Assembly (NCBI GenBank): GCA_049589215.1
Contig: JBAWAI010000584.1
Span: 1 to 60,865, forward strand
Direction: 5' to 3'
DNA from: Terriglobales bacterium
Lineage (GTDB): Bacteria; Acidobacteriota; Terriglobia; Terriglobales; Acidobacteriaceae
DNA length: 60,865 nt
A model generated the notes under the pieces. It searched no databases. It saw nothing but the letters and a program-made list of their open reading frames with translations, and was not told where the DNA came from. Shown piece after piece: positions 17,114-25,928 of the stretch. Position 1 is the first letter of the stretch, and the number at the start of each line of letters is the position of its first letter. The translations under genes were made by a program, and so were the position numbers.

Positions 17114-18910
17114 TCAAGGCTGGAGACCGAACATTGGTGAATGATGTGTCTCCAGAACCTTGCCATTGCCTAAATACATGTGCACGCCGCACGGCAGGCA
17201 GGGATCGAAGCTGCGCACCGCACGCATGATATCAATTCCCTTGAACTTGTCGGGACCGTTTTCCTCGAAGATGGGCGTATTCTGCACCGCGTCTTCGTAT
17301 GGGCCCGGCGTGCCGTAGATGTCGCGCGGGTTGGCGTTCCAAGGAGTTGGCGGATAGGGGTGGTAGTTCGCGATCTTGCCTTCTTTGATGACGACATGGT
17401 GCGAGAGCACGCCGCGAACTGCTTCGTGGAAGCCGCAACCGATGGCTTCCTCGGGGACCTTGAAGTCAGTCCAGGTTTTGGTGTGTCCGGCATGCAACTC
17501 GGCGAGCGCCTTCTCCATGAAGTGCAGCGCCGCGCAGGCGGCGTAGACCTGGAAGTAGGTGCGGGCCCGGTCGCGCTCGATGGCGTTGCTCCACTTGGGA
17601 ATCTTCCATTCGAATTCGACTTCAGGTAGCGAGGTCGTTTTTGGCAGGTACATCTTCACGCTGTGACCGGTGGATTTGATATAGCCGATGTCGACGAGGC
17701 CGGCGAGCGCGGTTGCCCAGAGGCGGGCAATTGGACCGCCGCCGGTATCCATAGCGAGGTGATCGCCGGTGCGCTTGTCGAGCCACCGCGGCGACATGAC
17801 CCAGGTGTATTTGCCGCCGAAGTCGCGCTTCTGCGGACGGGGAATGGTGGTCTGGTTCCAGGGATGATTCTTATCGACCGGATTGCCGAGGGGATCGGTC
17901 TTGACGAAGGTCTGCTGATTTTTCCACTCGTCGTAATACGAACTACCGAGGAGAATGCGGATGTTCAGGTTGATATCTACCAGATCGGTGGTGACGAGCT
18001 TGCCGTCGACGACGATGCCGGGAGTGACGAACATCTTGCGGCCCCACTCCGTCATGTTCTTGTATTGATAGTCGCAATAGTCGGGATCGTTGAACGATCC
18101 CCAGCAGGCGAGCAACACACGGCGGCGTCCAACCTCTTCATAACCGGGAAGCGCTTCGTAGAAGAAGTCGAAGAGGTCGTCGTGGAGGGGAACGACCTTC
18201 TTCATGAATTCGACATACTTCATGAGGCGGACGAGATAGTCGGTGAAGAGCTGGATGGTGGGCACGGTGCCGACGCCGCCGGGATACAGCGTAGACGGGT
18301 GGACGTGGCGGCCTTCCATCAGGCAGAACATCTCGCGCGTCATGCGGCTCATGACCAAGGCTTCACGATAGAACGATCCGGTAAAGGGATTGAGCGCGGT
18401 CATGATATCGGCGATGGTGCGGAAGCCGTGCAAACTGGAATGCGGCGCGGCGGTGGATTGCGCTTTCGCCCAGACCTTCGGGTTGGTCTCCTTGACCATC
18501 TGCTCGCAGAAGTCGACACCGACCAGATTGTCCTGGAAGATATTGTGATCGAACATGTACTCGGCGGCCTCGCCGAGATTGACGATCCATTCGGCAATCG
18601 GAGGAGGCTTGATGCCGAAGGCCATATTCTGCGCGTAAGTGGCGCAGGTGGCGTGATTGTCTCCGCAGATGCCGCAGATGCGGCTGGTGATGAAGTGGGC
18701 ATCGCGCGGGTCTTTGCCCTTCATGAAGATGCTGTACCCACGGAAGATGGAAGAAGTACTGTGACACTCGACGACGTGCCGGTTTTCAAAATCGATCTTG
18801 GTAAAGATGCCCAGGCTACCCACGATACGGGTGATCGGGTCCCAGTTCATTTCCACCAGATTTCCCTTTTTGCCGGGAAGATCTTTTGTCGGTGCGGTAA
18901 TCGTGCTCAT
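17114..18910 (-). CDS. hhyL: [NiFe]-hydrogenase large subunit, group 1h (high-affinity, Hhy/actinobacterial type)
   Basis: L1 motif TSRICGICGDNH and L2 motif SFDPCLPCGVH, followed by a 21-aa C-terminal extension of the kind removed by the endopeptidase. Confidence 0.92.
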   Translation of the reverse strand: MSTITAPTKDLPGKKGNLVEMNWDPITRIVGSLGIFTKIDFENRHVVECHSTSSIFRGYSIFMKGKDPRDAHFITSRICGICGDNHATCATYAQNMAFGIKPPPIAEWIVNLGEAAEYMFDHNIFQDNLVGVDFCEQMVKETNPKVWAKAQSTAAPHSSLHGFRTIADIMTALNPFTGSFYREALVMSRMTREMFCLMEGRHVHPSTLYPGGVGTVPTIQLFTDYLVRLMKYVEFMKKVVPLHDDLFDFFYEALPGYEEVGRRRVLLACWGSFNDPDYCDYQYKNMTEWGRKMFVTPGIVVDGKLVTTDLVDINLNIRILLGSSYYDEWKNQQTFVKTDPLGNPVDKNHPWNQTTIPRPQKRDFGGKYTWVMSPRWLDKRTGDHLAMDTGGGPIARLWATALAGLVDIGYIKSTGHSVKMYLPKTTSLPEVEFEWKIPKWSNAIERDRARTYFQVYAACAALHFMEKALAELHAGHTKTWTDFKVPEEAIGCGFHEAVRGVLSHHVVIKEGKIANYHPYPPTPWNANPRDIYGTPGPYEDAVQNTPIFEENGPDKFKGIDIMRAVRSFDPCLPCGVHMYLGNGKVLETHHSPMFGLQP

Positions 18911-18948
18911 GGAGGTCGCTCCTGTTCTTTTAGTGGAAATCGTTCAAC

Positions 18949-20013
18949 TTAATAGGATCGTGGATGGTATCCCGTGGTGAGTTCCGCGCGGGGATGCCGC
19001 CACTTGGGTTCCTTGTTGACGGTGGCCTGGGTCAGGGAGCGCAAAGCACGAATGGCACGGCCATAAGCGCCAACCGCTGCGCTCGACACTTTGCCGCCAG
19101 GGGGTTCGTCCATGAAAGGCATGAATTTGTCCGGAAAGCCGGGCATGGTGCAGCCGATGCAGATGCCGCCGACGTTGGGGCAGCCGCCGATTCCGGCCAT
19201 CCATCCGCGTTTGGGGACGTTGCAGTTCACTACCGGGCCCCAGCAGCCGAGTTTCACGATGCATTTGGGGGAGCCGTAGACTTCGGCGAAGTCACCCTGC
19301 TCGTAATATCCGGCGCGATCGCAACCTTCGTGCACCGTCTTGCCGAAGAGCCACGTGGGACGAAGCTGATCGTCGAGTGGAATCATGGGGGCGAGGCCGG
19401 CTACCTGATAAAGAAGATAGAGGACGGTCTCCATGAAGTTGTCGGGCTGCACCGGGCATCCGGGGACGTTGACGATGGGCAGGCCGGCTTTTGATTTCCA
19501 GTCCCAGCCGAGATAGTCGGCGAGACCCATGGCGCCGGTAGGATTGCCTTCCATGGCGTGAATGCCGCCGTAGGTGGCACAGGTGCCGCAGGCCACGATT
19601 GCCAGAGCTTTGGGAGCGAGGCGATCGATCCACTCATTGGTGGTGATGGGCTGGCCGGTTTTTGGATCGGTGCCGAGCCCGGCCCAATAACCTTCTTTCT
19701 TGATTTTCTCGTTGGGAATCGAACCTTCGACGACGAGGACGAAGGGCTCGAGTTGACCTTTTTCGGCCATGTACCAGAATTTCATGAAGTCATCTCCGTT
19801 TTCGTAGGCGAGCACGGGATTGTGGAGATGCACCTTGGGAAGTCCGGGGATTGCTCCCAGGAGAACGTCTTCAATGCTGGGCTGAGTAGCTGCGGTGACT
19901 GAAACCGAGTCTCCATCACAGCCGAGACCGGCGGTGATCCAGAGAATGTGCACCTCGGCGACAGGCGAAGGTTTTTGCGTAACCCGACCGTACGGAACCG
20001 TTTCCGCTGGCAT
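18949..20013 (-). CDS. hhyS: [NiFe]-hydrogenase small subunit, group 1h, no Tat signal
   Basis: [42 protein letters not shown] and [13 protein letters not shown] FeS-ligand blocks. No twin-arginine leader. GAGAGGAG RBS. Stop lies 38 nt upstream of the hhyL start. Confidence 0.92.
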   Translation of the reverse strand: MPAETVPYGRVTQKPSPVAEVHILWITAGLGCDGDSVSVTAATQPSIEDVLLGAIPGLPKVHLHNPVLAYENGDDFMKFWYMAEKGQLEPFVLVVEGSIPNEKIKKEGYWAGLGTDPKTGQPITTNEWIDRLAPKALAIVACGTCATYGGIHAMEGNPTGAMGLADYLGWDWKSKAGLPIVNVPGCPVQPDNFMETVLYLLYQVAGLAPMIPLDDQLRPTWLFGKTVHEGCDRAGYYEQGDFAEVYGSPKCIVKLGCWGPVVNCNVPKRGWMAGIGGCPNVGGICIGCTMPGFPDKFMPFMDEPPGGKVSSAAVGAYGRAIRALRSLTQATVNKEPKWRHPRAELTTGYHPRSY

Positions 20014-20257
20014 AACTGCGTTCTCCTCTCAAACTTGACTTGCCAAGAACGAAGGCCAAAACTCCCAGGACAAAGTGCGCACACGTAAAGGAGAGTAAAG
20101 AGCGGTTCTCTCCGTGATCGCAATCGTCTCCCGAAGAGGCGTTTGTGTGCGGCGTTAGAATCAATCACTCGGAGGGTCGCCCACAAGCGGGAGCTTCACT
20201 TATTCAGATCAGTGGTATCGCTATTTCTGCTATGGGGGATTCCCTGATGGCGGCGGA

Positions 20258-20269
20258 GTAATAGATTAC
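20258..20269. promoter_or_regulatory. Perfect 12-bp palindrome GTAATAGATTAC flanked by GGCGGCGG direct repeats, in the hhyS upstream region
   Basis: Read directly from the sequence. It lies 245 nt upstream of the hhyS ATG and 48 nt downstream of the response-regulator stop. Confidence 0.35.
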
Positions 20270-20316
20270 GGGGTTGGCGGCGGGGAAATGGCTGGATTGG
20301 GGATGAGAGGAGACTA

Positions 20317-21027
20317 CTACGCGGTTTTTTCGTTCATGTTCCATTGAATGGCGCGCTGCATAAGTTCGCGCGAGCTGCGGAGCGATAGTTTTTCCTTGAT
20401 GTGGGCCTGGTAGGACTCGACGGTTTTGATACTGAGGTGAAGCTCTTCGGCGATCTGGCGGGTGCCGTGGCCCTCGCCGATGAGGCGAAAGACTTCGAGT
20501 TCGCGGTCGCTGAGGTCGGCGATGGAGGAGTTGCGCAGGGTTCCCGAGCCGGTAATGTAGTGCTTAAGCATTTTGTTTGCGATGCGGTCGCTGACGTAAA
20601 TTTCGCCGCTTAGAATGCGGCGGACAGCGACCAGAACTTTTTCGGTGGCCTCCTGCTTCATGATGTAGCCGTTGGCGCCGGCACGGAGGGCGCGCTCGGC
20701 ATAGATGGATTCATCATGCATAGAAAGGATGAGAACAGGCAGGGCAGGATGCGTGGTGCGGATGGTCTTCAGCAGATCGAGGCCGTCGGGGCCGTTCAGC
20801 GAGATGTCGAGGATGAGGACGTCGGGATGCGAGGAGGCGAGCACGTGAATGGCGCCGGTGGCCTCTTCGGCTTCACCACACACCACCAGATCGGCCTCAC
20901 GATTGATGAGCAGCGCCAGACCCTGGCGGACGATAGGATGGTCGTCAACGACCAGGATTCTTTGCTTCGCGACCGCGTGAGTTTGCGTCACGCGGGGTTG
21001 CGGCTTGTGGGTCAAATTCATAGTCAC
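20317..21027 (-). CDS. NarL/FixJ-family response regulator (REC + LuxR-type HTH)
   Basis: ILVVDDHPIVRQGL...LILDISL receiver domain. LSDRELEVFRLIGEGHGTRQIAEELHLSIKTVESY HTH. Confidence 0.9.
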   Translation of the reverse strand: MTMNLTHKPQPRVTQTHAVAKQRILVVDDHPIVRQGLALLINREADLVVCGEAEEATGAIHVLASSHPDVLILDISLNGPDGLDLLKTIRTTHPALPVLILSMHDESIYAERALRAGANGYIMKQEATEKVLVAVRRILSGEIYVSDRIANKMLKHYITGSGTLRNSSIADLSDRELEVFRLIGEGHGTRQIAEELHLSIKTVESYQAHIKEKLSLRSSRELMQRAIQWNMNEKTA

Positions 21028-21052
21028 TTCATTAGCGCGTCACGACGTTGCT

Positions 21053-22783
21053 TCATGGGCTCGAAGCCGCGCGCGGCAACACCGGAAACAGGCAAGTCAC
21101 GAGAGTTCCGCCGGTGGGGACGCGGCGGACCTCGAGCGAACCTCCGACCATGCGAGCCCGGTAGTTCATGAGTTGAAGCCCCATTCCTTTGTTGCCGGCA
21201 ACGTTGTTGCCGATGCCAGAGCCGTCATCCTGAATTGTAAGCGCTCCCTGCTGTTCGTCGGCAGCCAGACGAATAACGATCTGGCGGGCATGGCCGTGCT
21301 TGATGGCGTTATTGACGGCCTCGCGGGCAACATAATATAGATGCGTGGCGACCGTGTCGTCGTGGATGAGGACGGGACTAAAACACTGGAACCGGCAACT
21401 GACGCCGAATAGATCTTCCACCTCGCCTGCCCACTGTTGCAAGGCCGACATCAAGCCCTGGGCGTCGGAGACGACGGGCAGCAGGCCTCGGGCGAGTTCG
21501 CGCGTTTTGTAAATCGCCTCGTTGACGAGGCTTACGATTTTGGCAGCATCGCCCGCTTCGGCCAGGCCTTTTTCCATCAATTTCTGCTCCTGGACTTTGC
21601 TCATGAAGGCGATGCCCGTGAGATGCTGGCCGAGGCCGTCGTGCAGGTCCTGGCCGATGCGGCGCTGCTCTCGCGCGCTGATTTCGAGGATGGTTTTCTC
21701 CAGTTGCTTGCGCTCGGTAATGTCGCGAATCGCGCTGGAGACGAGCATGCCCTCTTCGGTTTCGAGCGGGCTGAGACTGATTTCAACCGGGAACTCGTGG
21801 CCGTCTTTGTGGAGGCCGGAGAGTTCTTCGCCGGCGGCGCCCATCGGACGCACGCGTGGCTCTTGAAAGAAATGCTGGCGGTGTTCGGGATGCTTCTGGC
21901 GGAGACGCAGCGGCACCAGCATTTCGAGGGGCTGCCCGAGAAGCTCTTCGCGGTGGTAGCCGAACAATTTTTCGACCTGCGCGTTGACGAGAACGATCCG
22001 GCCTTCACGATTCACGACTACGACAGCATCGGGCGCGGCTTCGAGCAGTCCGCGAAACTTGGCTTCGGCGCGTTTGCTGACGTTACGCTCCTCCTGCAAG
22101 GCCTCTTCGGTGCGCTTGAGATCGGTGATATCGAAGCCGACACCGTGAATGAACCAGGGCTCGCCGTCTGACTTGCGAATCATCTTGGCTTCGCAATGGA
22201 ACCAGAGGACCTCGCCGCTGCGAGAGACGACGCGATAGGCGGAACGGAGTGGATTGCCGGTGAGAAACATTTCTGCGGCTTCGGTGCTCCAGCGCTGCTT
22301 GTCGTCGGGATGAATGTGGCTGTACCAGCGGATGGGATCTTCGAGCCATTCTTCCTGGGAGAATCCGAGGGCGGCTTCGATCTGCGGGCTGACGTAAGCT
22401 TCGCCGATGCCGCGATCGAGGTACGCCATAAAGACTACAGCGGGAATCTGTTCTACGAGGGCGCGGTAGCGGGCTTCGAGGTTAGGGAGCTGAGGAGTAT
22501 CGGAGCTGAGTGGGTCGATTGCGGCACCCGGCGGCGATCCCGGTCGTGGATTTTTTTCGGGGTCCGGCGACCATGGCTTTTCGGACGCGGCGGGCGGATA
22601 TACGACGCGCCGCGCGGTTGCGGGATTCAGGTGATGAGTGAAGACGGCGGCGAGGCCGTGGAGAATTTCTTCAGCCTCGGAGGGGCTGAGATCGGGCTCG
22701 GCAACTGTCAGAGCACCATCTTTGCTCGAGGGTAAGGCGTCCGATTTGGGCTCGGCTTCTCTCATAGCAAAATTTCGAGTCAA
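21053..22783 (-). CDS. Soluble sensor histidine kinase: disordered N-terminus, two PAS domains, HisKA_3, HATPase_c
   Basis: No TM helix. PAS blocks run ~aa 105-225 and 243-357. H-box [16 protein letters not shown]. ATPase blocks NNAIKHG and DDGSGI. TTG start at 22783, or ATG at 22765. Confidence 0.88.
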   Translation of the reverse strand: MTRNFAMREAEPKSDALPSSKDGALTVAEPDLSPSEAEEILHGLAAVFTHHLNPATARRVVYPPAASEKPWSPDPEKNPRPGSPPGAAIDPLSSDTPQLPNLEARYRALVEQIPAVVFMAYLDRGIGEAYVSPQIEAALGFSQEEWLEDPIRWYSHIHPDDKQRWSTEAAEMFLTGNPLRSAYRVVSRSGEVLWFHCEAKMIRKSDGEPWFIHGVGFDITDLKRTEEALQEERNVSKRAEAKFRGLLEAAPDAVVVVNREGRIVLVNAQVEKLFGYHREELLGQPLEMLVPLRLRQKHPEHRQHFFQEPRVRPMGAAGEELSGLHKDGHEFPVEISLSPLETEEGMLVSSAIRDITERKQLEKTILEISAREQRRIGQDLHDGLGQHLTGIAFMSKVQEQKLMEKGLAEAGDAAKIVSLVNEAIYKTRELARGLLPVVSDAQGLMSALQQWAGEVEDLFGVSCRFQCFSPVLIHDDTVATHLYYVAREAVNNAIKHGHARQIVIRLAADEQQGALTIQDDGSGIGNNVAGNKGMGLQLMNYRARMVGGSLEVRRVPTGGTLVTCLFPVLPRAASSP

Positions 22784-22850
22784 TTCCAGTTCACCGAGAT
22801 CTCCACCACAAAAACAACTTCGAAGCTGCCGACCCGCTGGCGGGCGCAGA

Positions 22851-23870
22851 CTATTTGCCGGGCTTGCGCCAACTCGGTTCCTTGTTGAGCGACGCCTGCG
22901 TAAAGCGGCGCAAAGCGTGAATCGCGCGTCCGTAGGTTTGCACGGCGGCCGACGACAACAGAGAACCGGGCGGCTGATTCATGAAAGGCATGAACTTGTC
23001 GGGAAATCCTGGCATGGTGCAGCCGATGCAAATGCCGCCGACGTTGGGACAGCCGCCGATGCCACCCATCCAGCCACGCTTGCCCACGTTGCATTGCACG
23101 ACCGGGCCCCAGCAGCCGAGCTTGACGATGCAGAGCGGAGAGCCGTACTCGTCGGCGAACTGGGCCTGCTCGTAGAAACCGCCGCGGTCGCAACCTTCAT
23201 GCACAGTGTTGCCGAAGAGCCACCTGGGCCGCAAGGCCTCATCGAGCGGAATCATGGGCGCGCGGCCCGACGCCATGTGGAGGAGATAGAGAAGCGTCTC
23301 CATGAAATTGTCGGGCTGCACAGGACAGCCGGGCACGCAGACGATGGGAATGCCGGCGCGCGAGGTCCACTTCCAGCCGAGATAATCGGGCAGGCCCATG
23401 CAGCCGGTGGGATTGCCCTCCATGGCATGAATGCCGCCATAGGTGGCGCAGGTTCCAGCAGCAACTACGGCCCAGGCTTTGGGTGCGAGCCGATCGATCC
23501 ATTCACAGGTGGTGATGGGCTGGCCGGACTTGGGATCGGTGCCGAGGGATGCCCAATAGCCTTCGTCCTTATTATGTTCATTCGGAATGGAGCCTTCGAC
23601 CACCAGAATGAAGTTTTCCATTTTGCCGTCCGCGGCCTGGTGGAAGGGGCGCATGAAGTCATCGCCATTGGCGAGAGCGAGGAAGGGGTTGTGGAGCGTG
23701 ACTTTTGGGATCCAGGGAATCTGGCCGAGGAGAACATCTTCAATGCTGGGCTGAGTGGCGCCGGTCATGGCGATAGTGTCGCCATCGCAACCAAGGCCGG
23801 CGGTGATCCATAGGACGTCGATCTCGGCGATCGAGATCTCTGTTGCGCGGCGAATTTCGGCATTCACCAT
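22851..23870 (-). CDS. Orphan paralog of the group 1h hydrogenase small subunit (no adjacent large subunit)
   Basis: 339 aa, co-linear with HhyS. Shared blocks include [68 protein letters not shown] and [28 protein letters not shown]. Confidence 0.88.
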   Translation of the reverse strand: MVNAEIRRATEISIAEIDVLWITAGLGCDGDTIAMTGATQPSIEDVLLGQIPWIPKVTLHNPFLALANGDDFMRPFHQAADGKMENFILVVEGSIPNEHNKDEGYWASLGTDPKSGQPITTCEWIDRLAPKAWAVVAAGTCATYGGIHAMEGNPTGCMGLPDYLGWKWTSRAGIPIVCVPGCPVQPDNFMETLLYLLHMASGRAPMIPLDEALRPRWLFGNTVHEGCDRGGFYEQAQFADEYGSPLCIVKLGCWGPVVQCNVGKRGWMGGIGGCPNVGGICIGCTMPGFPDKFMPFMNQPPGSLLSSAAVQTYGRAIHALRRFTQASLNKEPSWRKPGK

Positions 23871-23934
23871 TGCGAGTTACTTTAGCGGAGGGCAGGAGAA
23901 GCGGCAAGTTCGAGGTTCGGGGTGGCAAACTGAG

Positions 23935-24396
23935 CTAGCGTCCGTGGGCGGCGCCGCCTCTTAGAGTTAAGCAGGTACTGGTGGCATGAGCTACCAGGCT
24001 GCCTTTTTCGTCGGTAACGCGGCACTCAACTAAGCCAGTGGTGCGTCCTTGTTTTATTACTTTGCCCTCTGCGGTAAGAGTTGCTTTCCAGATGGGCTTC
24101 AGGAAATTGATTTTCAGTTCGAGGGTAGTGAAGGATTCGCCCTCTGCCAAATTGGTGGCGTACGCGATGCCCATGGCGGCGTCGGCGATATCGCAGAGGA
24201 CACCGCCGTGGAGCGTGCCCATGGGATTGGCGTGCCGCGGGCCGGCATCGAGTTGGATGGTGGCTGATCCGGGCGAGACAGCGAGCAGCCGAAAACCAAT
24301 GAGTTCGGCGATGGGAGGCGGCGAAACCTTGCCGGCCAGTTGCGCTTGAATGCGGGCCAGCATGGTGGCGTTGCTGGTGGGCGTGGCTTCAGACAT
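23935..24396 (-). CDS. PaaI/YdiI-type hotdog-fold thioesterase
   Basis: 153 aa with NPMGTLHGGVLCDIADAAMG and a hotdog-like C-terminal half. Confidence 0.75.
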   Translation of the reverse strand: MSEATPTSNATMLARIQAQLAGKVSPPPIAELIGFRLLAVSPGSATIQLDAGPRHANPMGTLHGGVLCDIADAAMGIAYATNLAEGESFTTLELKINFLKPIWKATLTAEGKVIKQGRTTGLVECRVTDEKGSLVAHATSTCLTLRGGAAHGR

Positions 24397-24437
24397 ATCG
24401 GCGTCGGATCATGCGATGTAGATCAGTCGATCAAAGG

Positions 24438-24695
24438 TTATTCAATGTAGGTGTCGTCGATGTAGCACCAGCGCCAGTTTTCTCCGGGCTGAAAGGACTG
24501 GATGATGGGATGTTTGAGCTTGTTGAAGTGGGCGCGCGCATGTTTGTTTTTTGAAGAGTCACAACAGCCGACGTGGCCGCACTCAAGGCAGAGGCGGAGG
24601 TGCAGCCAGGTGTCTCCCATTTCTAGACATTCTTTGCAACCCTGGCCGCTGGGAGTGACTTTTTGGATGGTGTTCAGGTGCTTGCAGGTCGGCAT
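24438..24695 (-). CDS. UBP-type zinc-finger protein
   Basis: CKHL...CKEC...WLHLRLCLECGHVGCCDSSKNKHARAHF; 85 aa. Confidence 0.75.
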   Translation of the reverse strand: MPTCKHLNTIQKVTPSGQGCKECLEMGDTWLHLRLCLECGHVGCCDSSKNKHARAHFNKLKHPIIQSFQPGENWRWCYIDDTYIE

Positions 24696-24813
24696 TCTTG
24701 CTCCCGTCTAAATTTGGTCAGATTTTTTTTGCAGCGGCACCGACCTCGGTAACTCCTCCGCTGTACTTCTTCACCGCAGCGGTCACCTGGGACACGGAGG
24801 AAAACAATCCTGA

Positions 24814-25869
24814 TCATGCGGCCAGGATCTTATTGCGCAAGCCGCCATAGGCGAACGTCTTTACCATTTCCTTGTCGAAAAAGTCTTGCGGGAACCCCAT
24901 CTCGATCGCGCTGGCTTCATTCAACGCTTTGACCTGATCAGGGGTCAGCGACAATTCAAGACTGGCCAGGTTGTCCTGCAGTTGCGCGATGCGGCGAGCG
25001 CCGATGATCGGAATGATTGGGATGGCGCGGTAGCGCAGCCATGCCAGAGCGACTTGCGCGGGAGAGCGTCCGACCTGCTCGCTGACTTTTTGCAGCGCGG
25101 CGACGATGCGATCAGTGCGCTCGCCCGTACGCATGAAGGACTTGCTCATGTCGGTTGTGTAGCGGGCGTCTTTGTCCTTAGCGTCTTTCGCACTATTGCT
25201 CCCGGGATGATATTTGCCGCTGAGCAAGCCGCCGGCGAGTGGCGACCACGCGACCAGCCCGAGGTTGAAGGCCTTCGCCATGGGGATGAGTTCACGCTCG
25301 ACGGTGCGCTCGATGAGTGAGTACTCAAGTTGCAGGCCGATGAATTGAGTCCAGCCGCGGAGTTCGGCGAGCATATTGGCTTGCGCGATCCACCAGGCGG
25401 GAGCGTCGGAGACACCAATGTAGAGAACCTTGCCTTTAGTGACGAGGTCGTCGAAGGCGCGCATGACCTCTTCGACCGGAGTCATCTGGTCCCAGACATG
25501 CATCCAGTAAAGATCGATGTAATCGGTTTTGAGGCGTCGGAGTGAGGCTTCGACAGCTTGCACCATGCTCTTGCGGTGATTGCCGGAGGCGTTGGCATCG
25601 TCGCCGGGAGCGGCGTTGGTGTATTTGGTGGCGAGGACGACGGAGTTACGGTGATCGCGCATGAACTCGCCAAGGAAGGCTTCGCTGGTTCCGTTGGTGT
25701 AAAGGTTGGCGGTGTCGATGAAATTTCCACCCGCGGCGCGGTAGGCTTCGTAGATCTTGCGGGCTTCATCCTTGGATGACCCCCAGCCCCAGTCTTCTCC
25801 GAAGGTCATGGTGCCGAGGGAGATCTCGGAGACGCGGAGACCACTTTTGCCGAATAGACGGTAGTTCAT
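24814..25869 (-). CDS. Aldo/keto reductase
   Basis: MNYRLFGKSGLRVSEISLGTMTFG, IDTANLY, and a typical AKR length of 351 aa. GAGGTG precedes ATG 25869. The ORF-track extension to 26181 overlaps trxB. Confidence 0.88.
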   Translation of the reverse strand: MNYRLFGKSGLRVSEISLGTMTFGEDWGWGSSKDEARKIYEAYRAAGGNFIDTANLYTNGTSEAFLGEFMRDHRNSVVLATKYTNAAPGDDANASGNHRKSMVQAVEASLRRLKTDYIDLYWMHVWDQMTPVEEVMRAFDDLVTKGKVLYIGVSDAPAWWIAQANMLAELRGWTQFIGLQLEYSLIERTVERELIPMAKAFNLGLVAWSPLAGGLLSGKYHPGSNSAKDAKDKDARYTTDMSKSFMRTGERTDRIVAALQKVSEQVGRSPAQVALAWLRYRAIPIIPIIGARRIAQLQDNLASLELSLTPDQVKALNEASAIEMGFPQDFFDKEMVKTFAYGGLRNKILAA

Positions 25870-25928
25870 GTTCACCTCAATCAGCGATTTGGATTCTCGC
25901 GGCGCGCGCAACGATGCAAGCTTATTTC

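Noticed and set aside
20029-20046. Sigma-54-like TGGCA-N-TTTGA element on the minus strand just upstream of hhyS.
   Set aside because: The -12 element lacks the GC dinucleotide. The element also sits only about 15-30 nt from the ATG and overlaps the RBS region, leaving no room for a leader. No NtrC-type activator is nearby.
21713-22057. FixL-like heme-binding PAS in the histidine kinase ([13 protein letters not shown]... aligns with the FixL ...PEPDRSRHDSY... proximal-His region; [14 protein letters not shown] aligns with the RRDGTTFPMHLSI block).
   Set aside because: A His aligns with the FixL proximal His, but the distal Arg position is not conserved. This PAS subtype is very common in kinases that do not bind heme. 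It is not strong enough to claim and would need spectroscopy of the purified domain.
22784-22850. Bulged GC-rich hairpin followed by a distant T-run between hhyS2 and the kinase, considered as an internal terminator or attenuator.
   Set aside because: The stem needs two bulges and the T-run is about 10 nt away, so it does not fit an intrinsic terminator. It cannot be distinguished from chance structure in GC-rich DNA.
22851-23870. The second small-subunit copy might be a decaying pseudogene left by a duplication.
   Set aside because: The reading frame is intact over the full length. All shared FeS-ligand blocks are preserved. Divergence is spread as substitutions rather than as frameshifts or stops.
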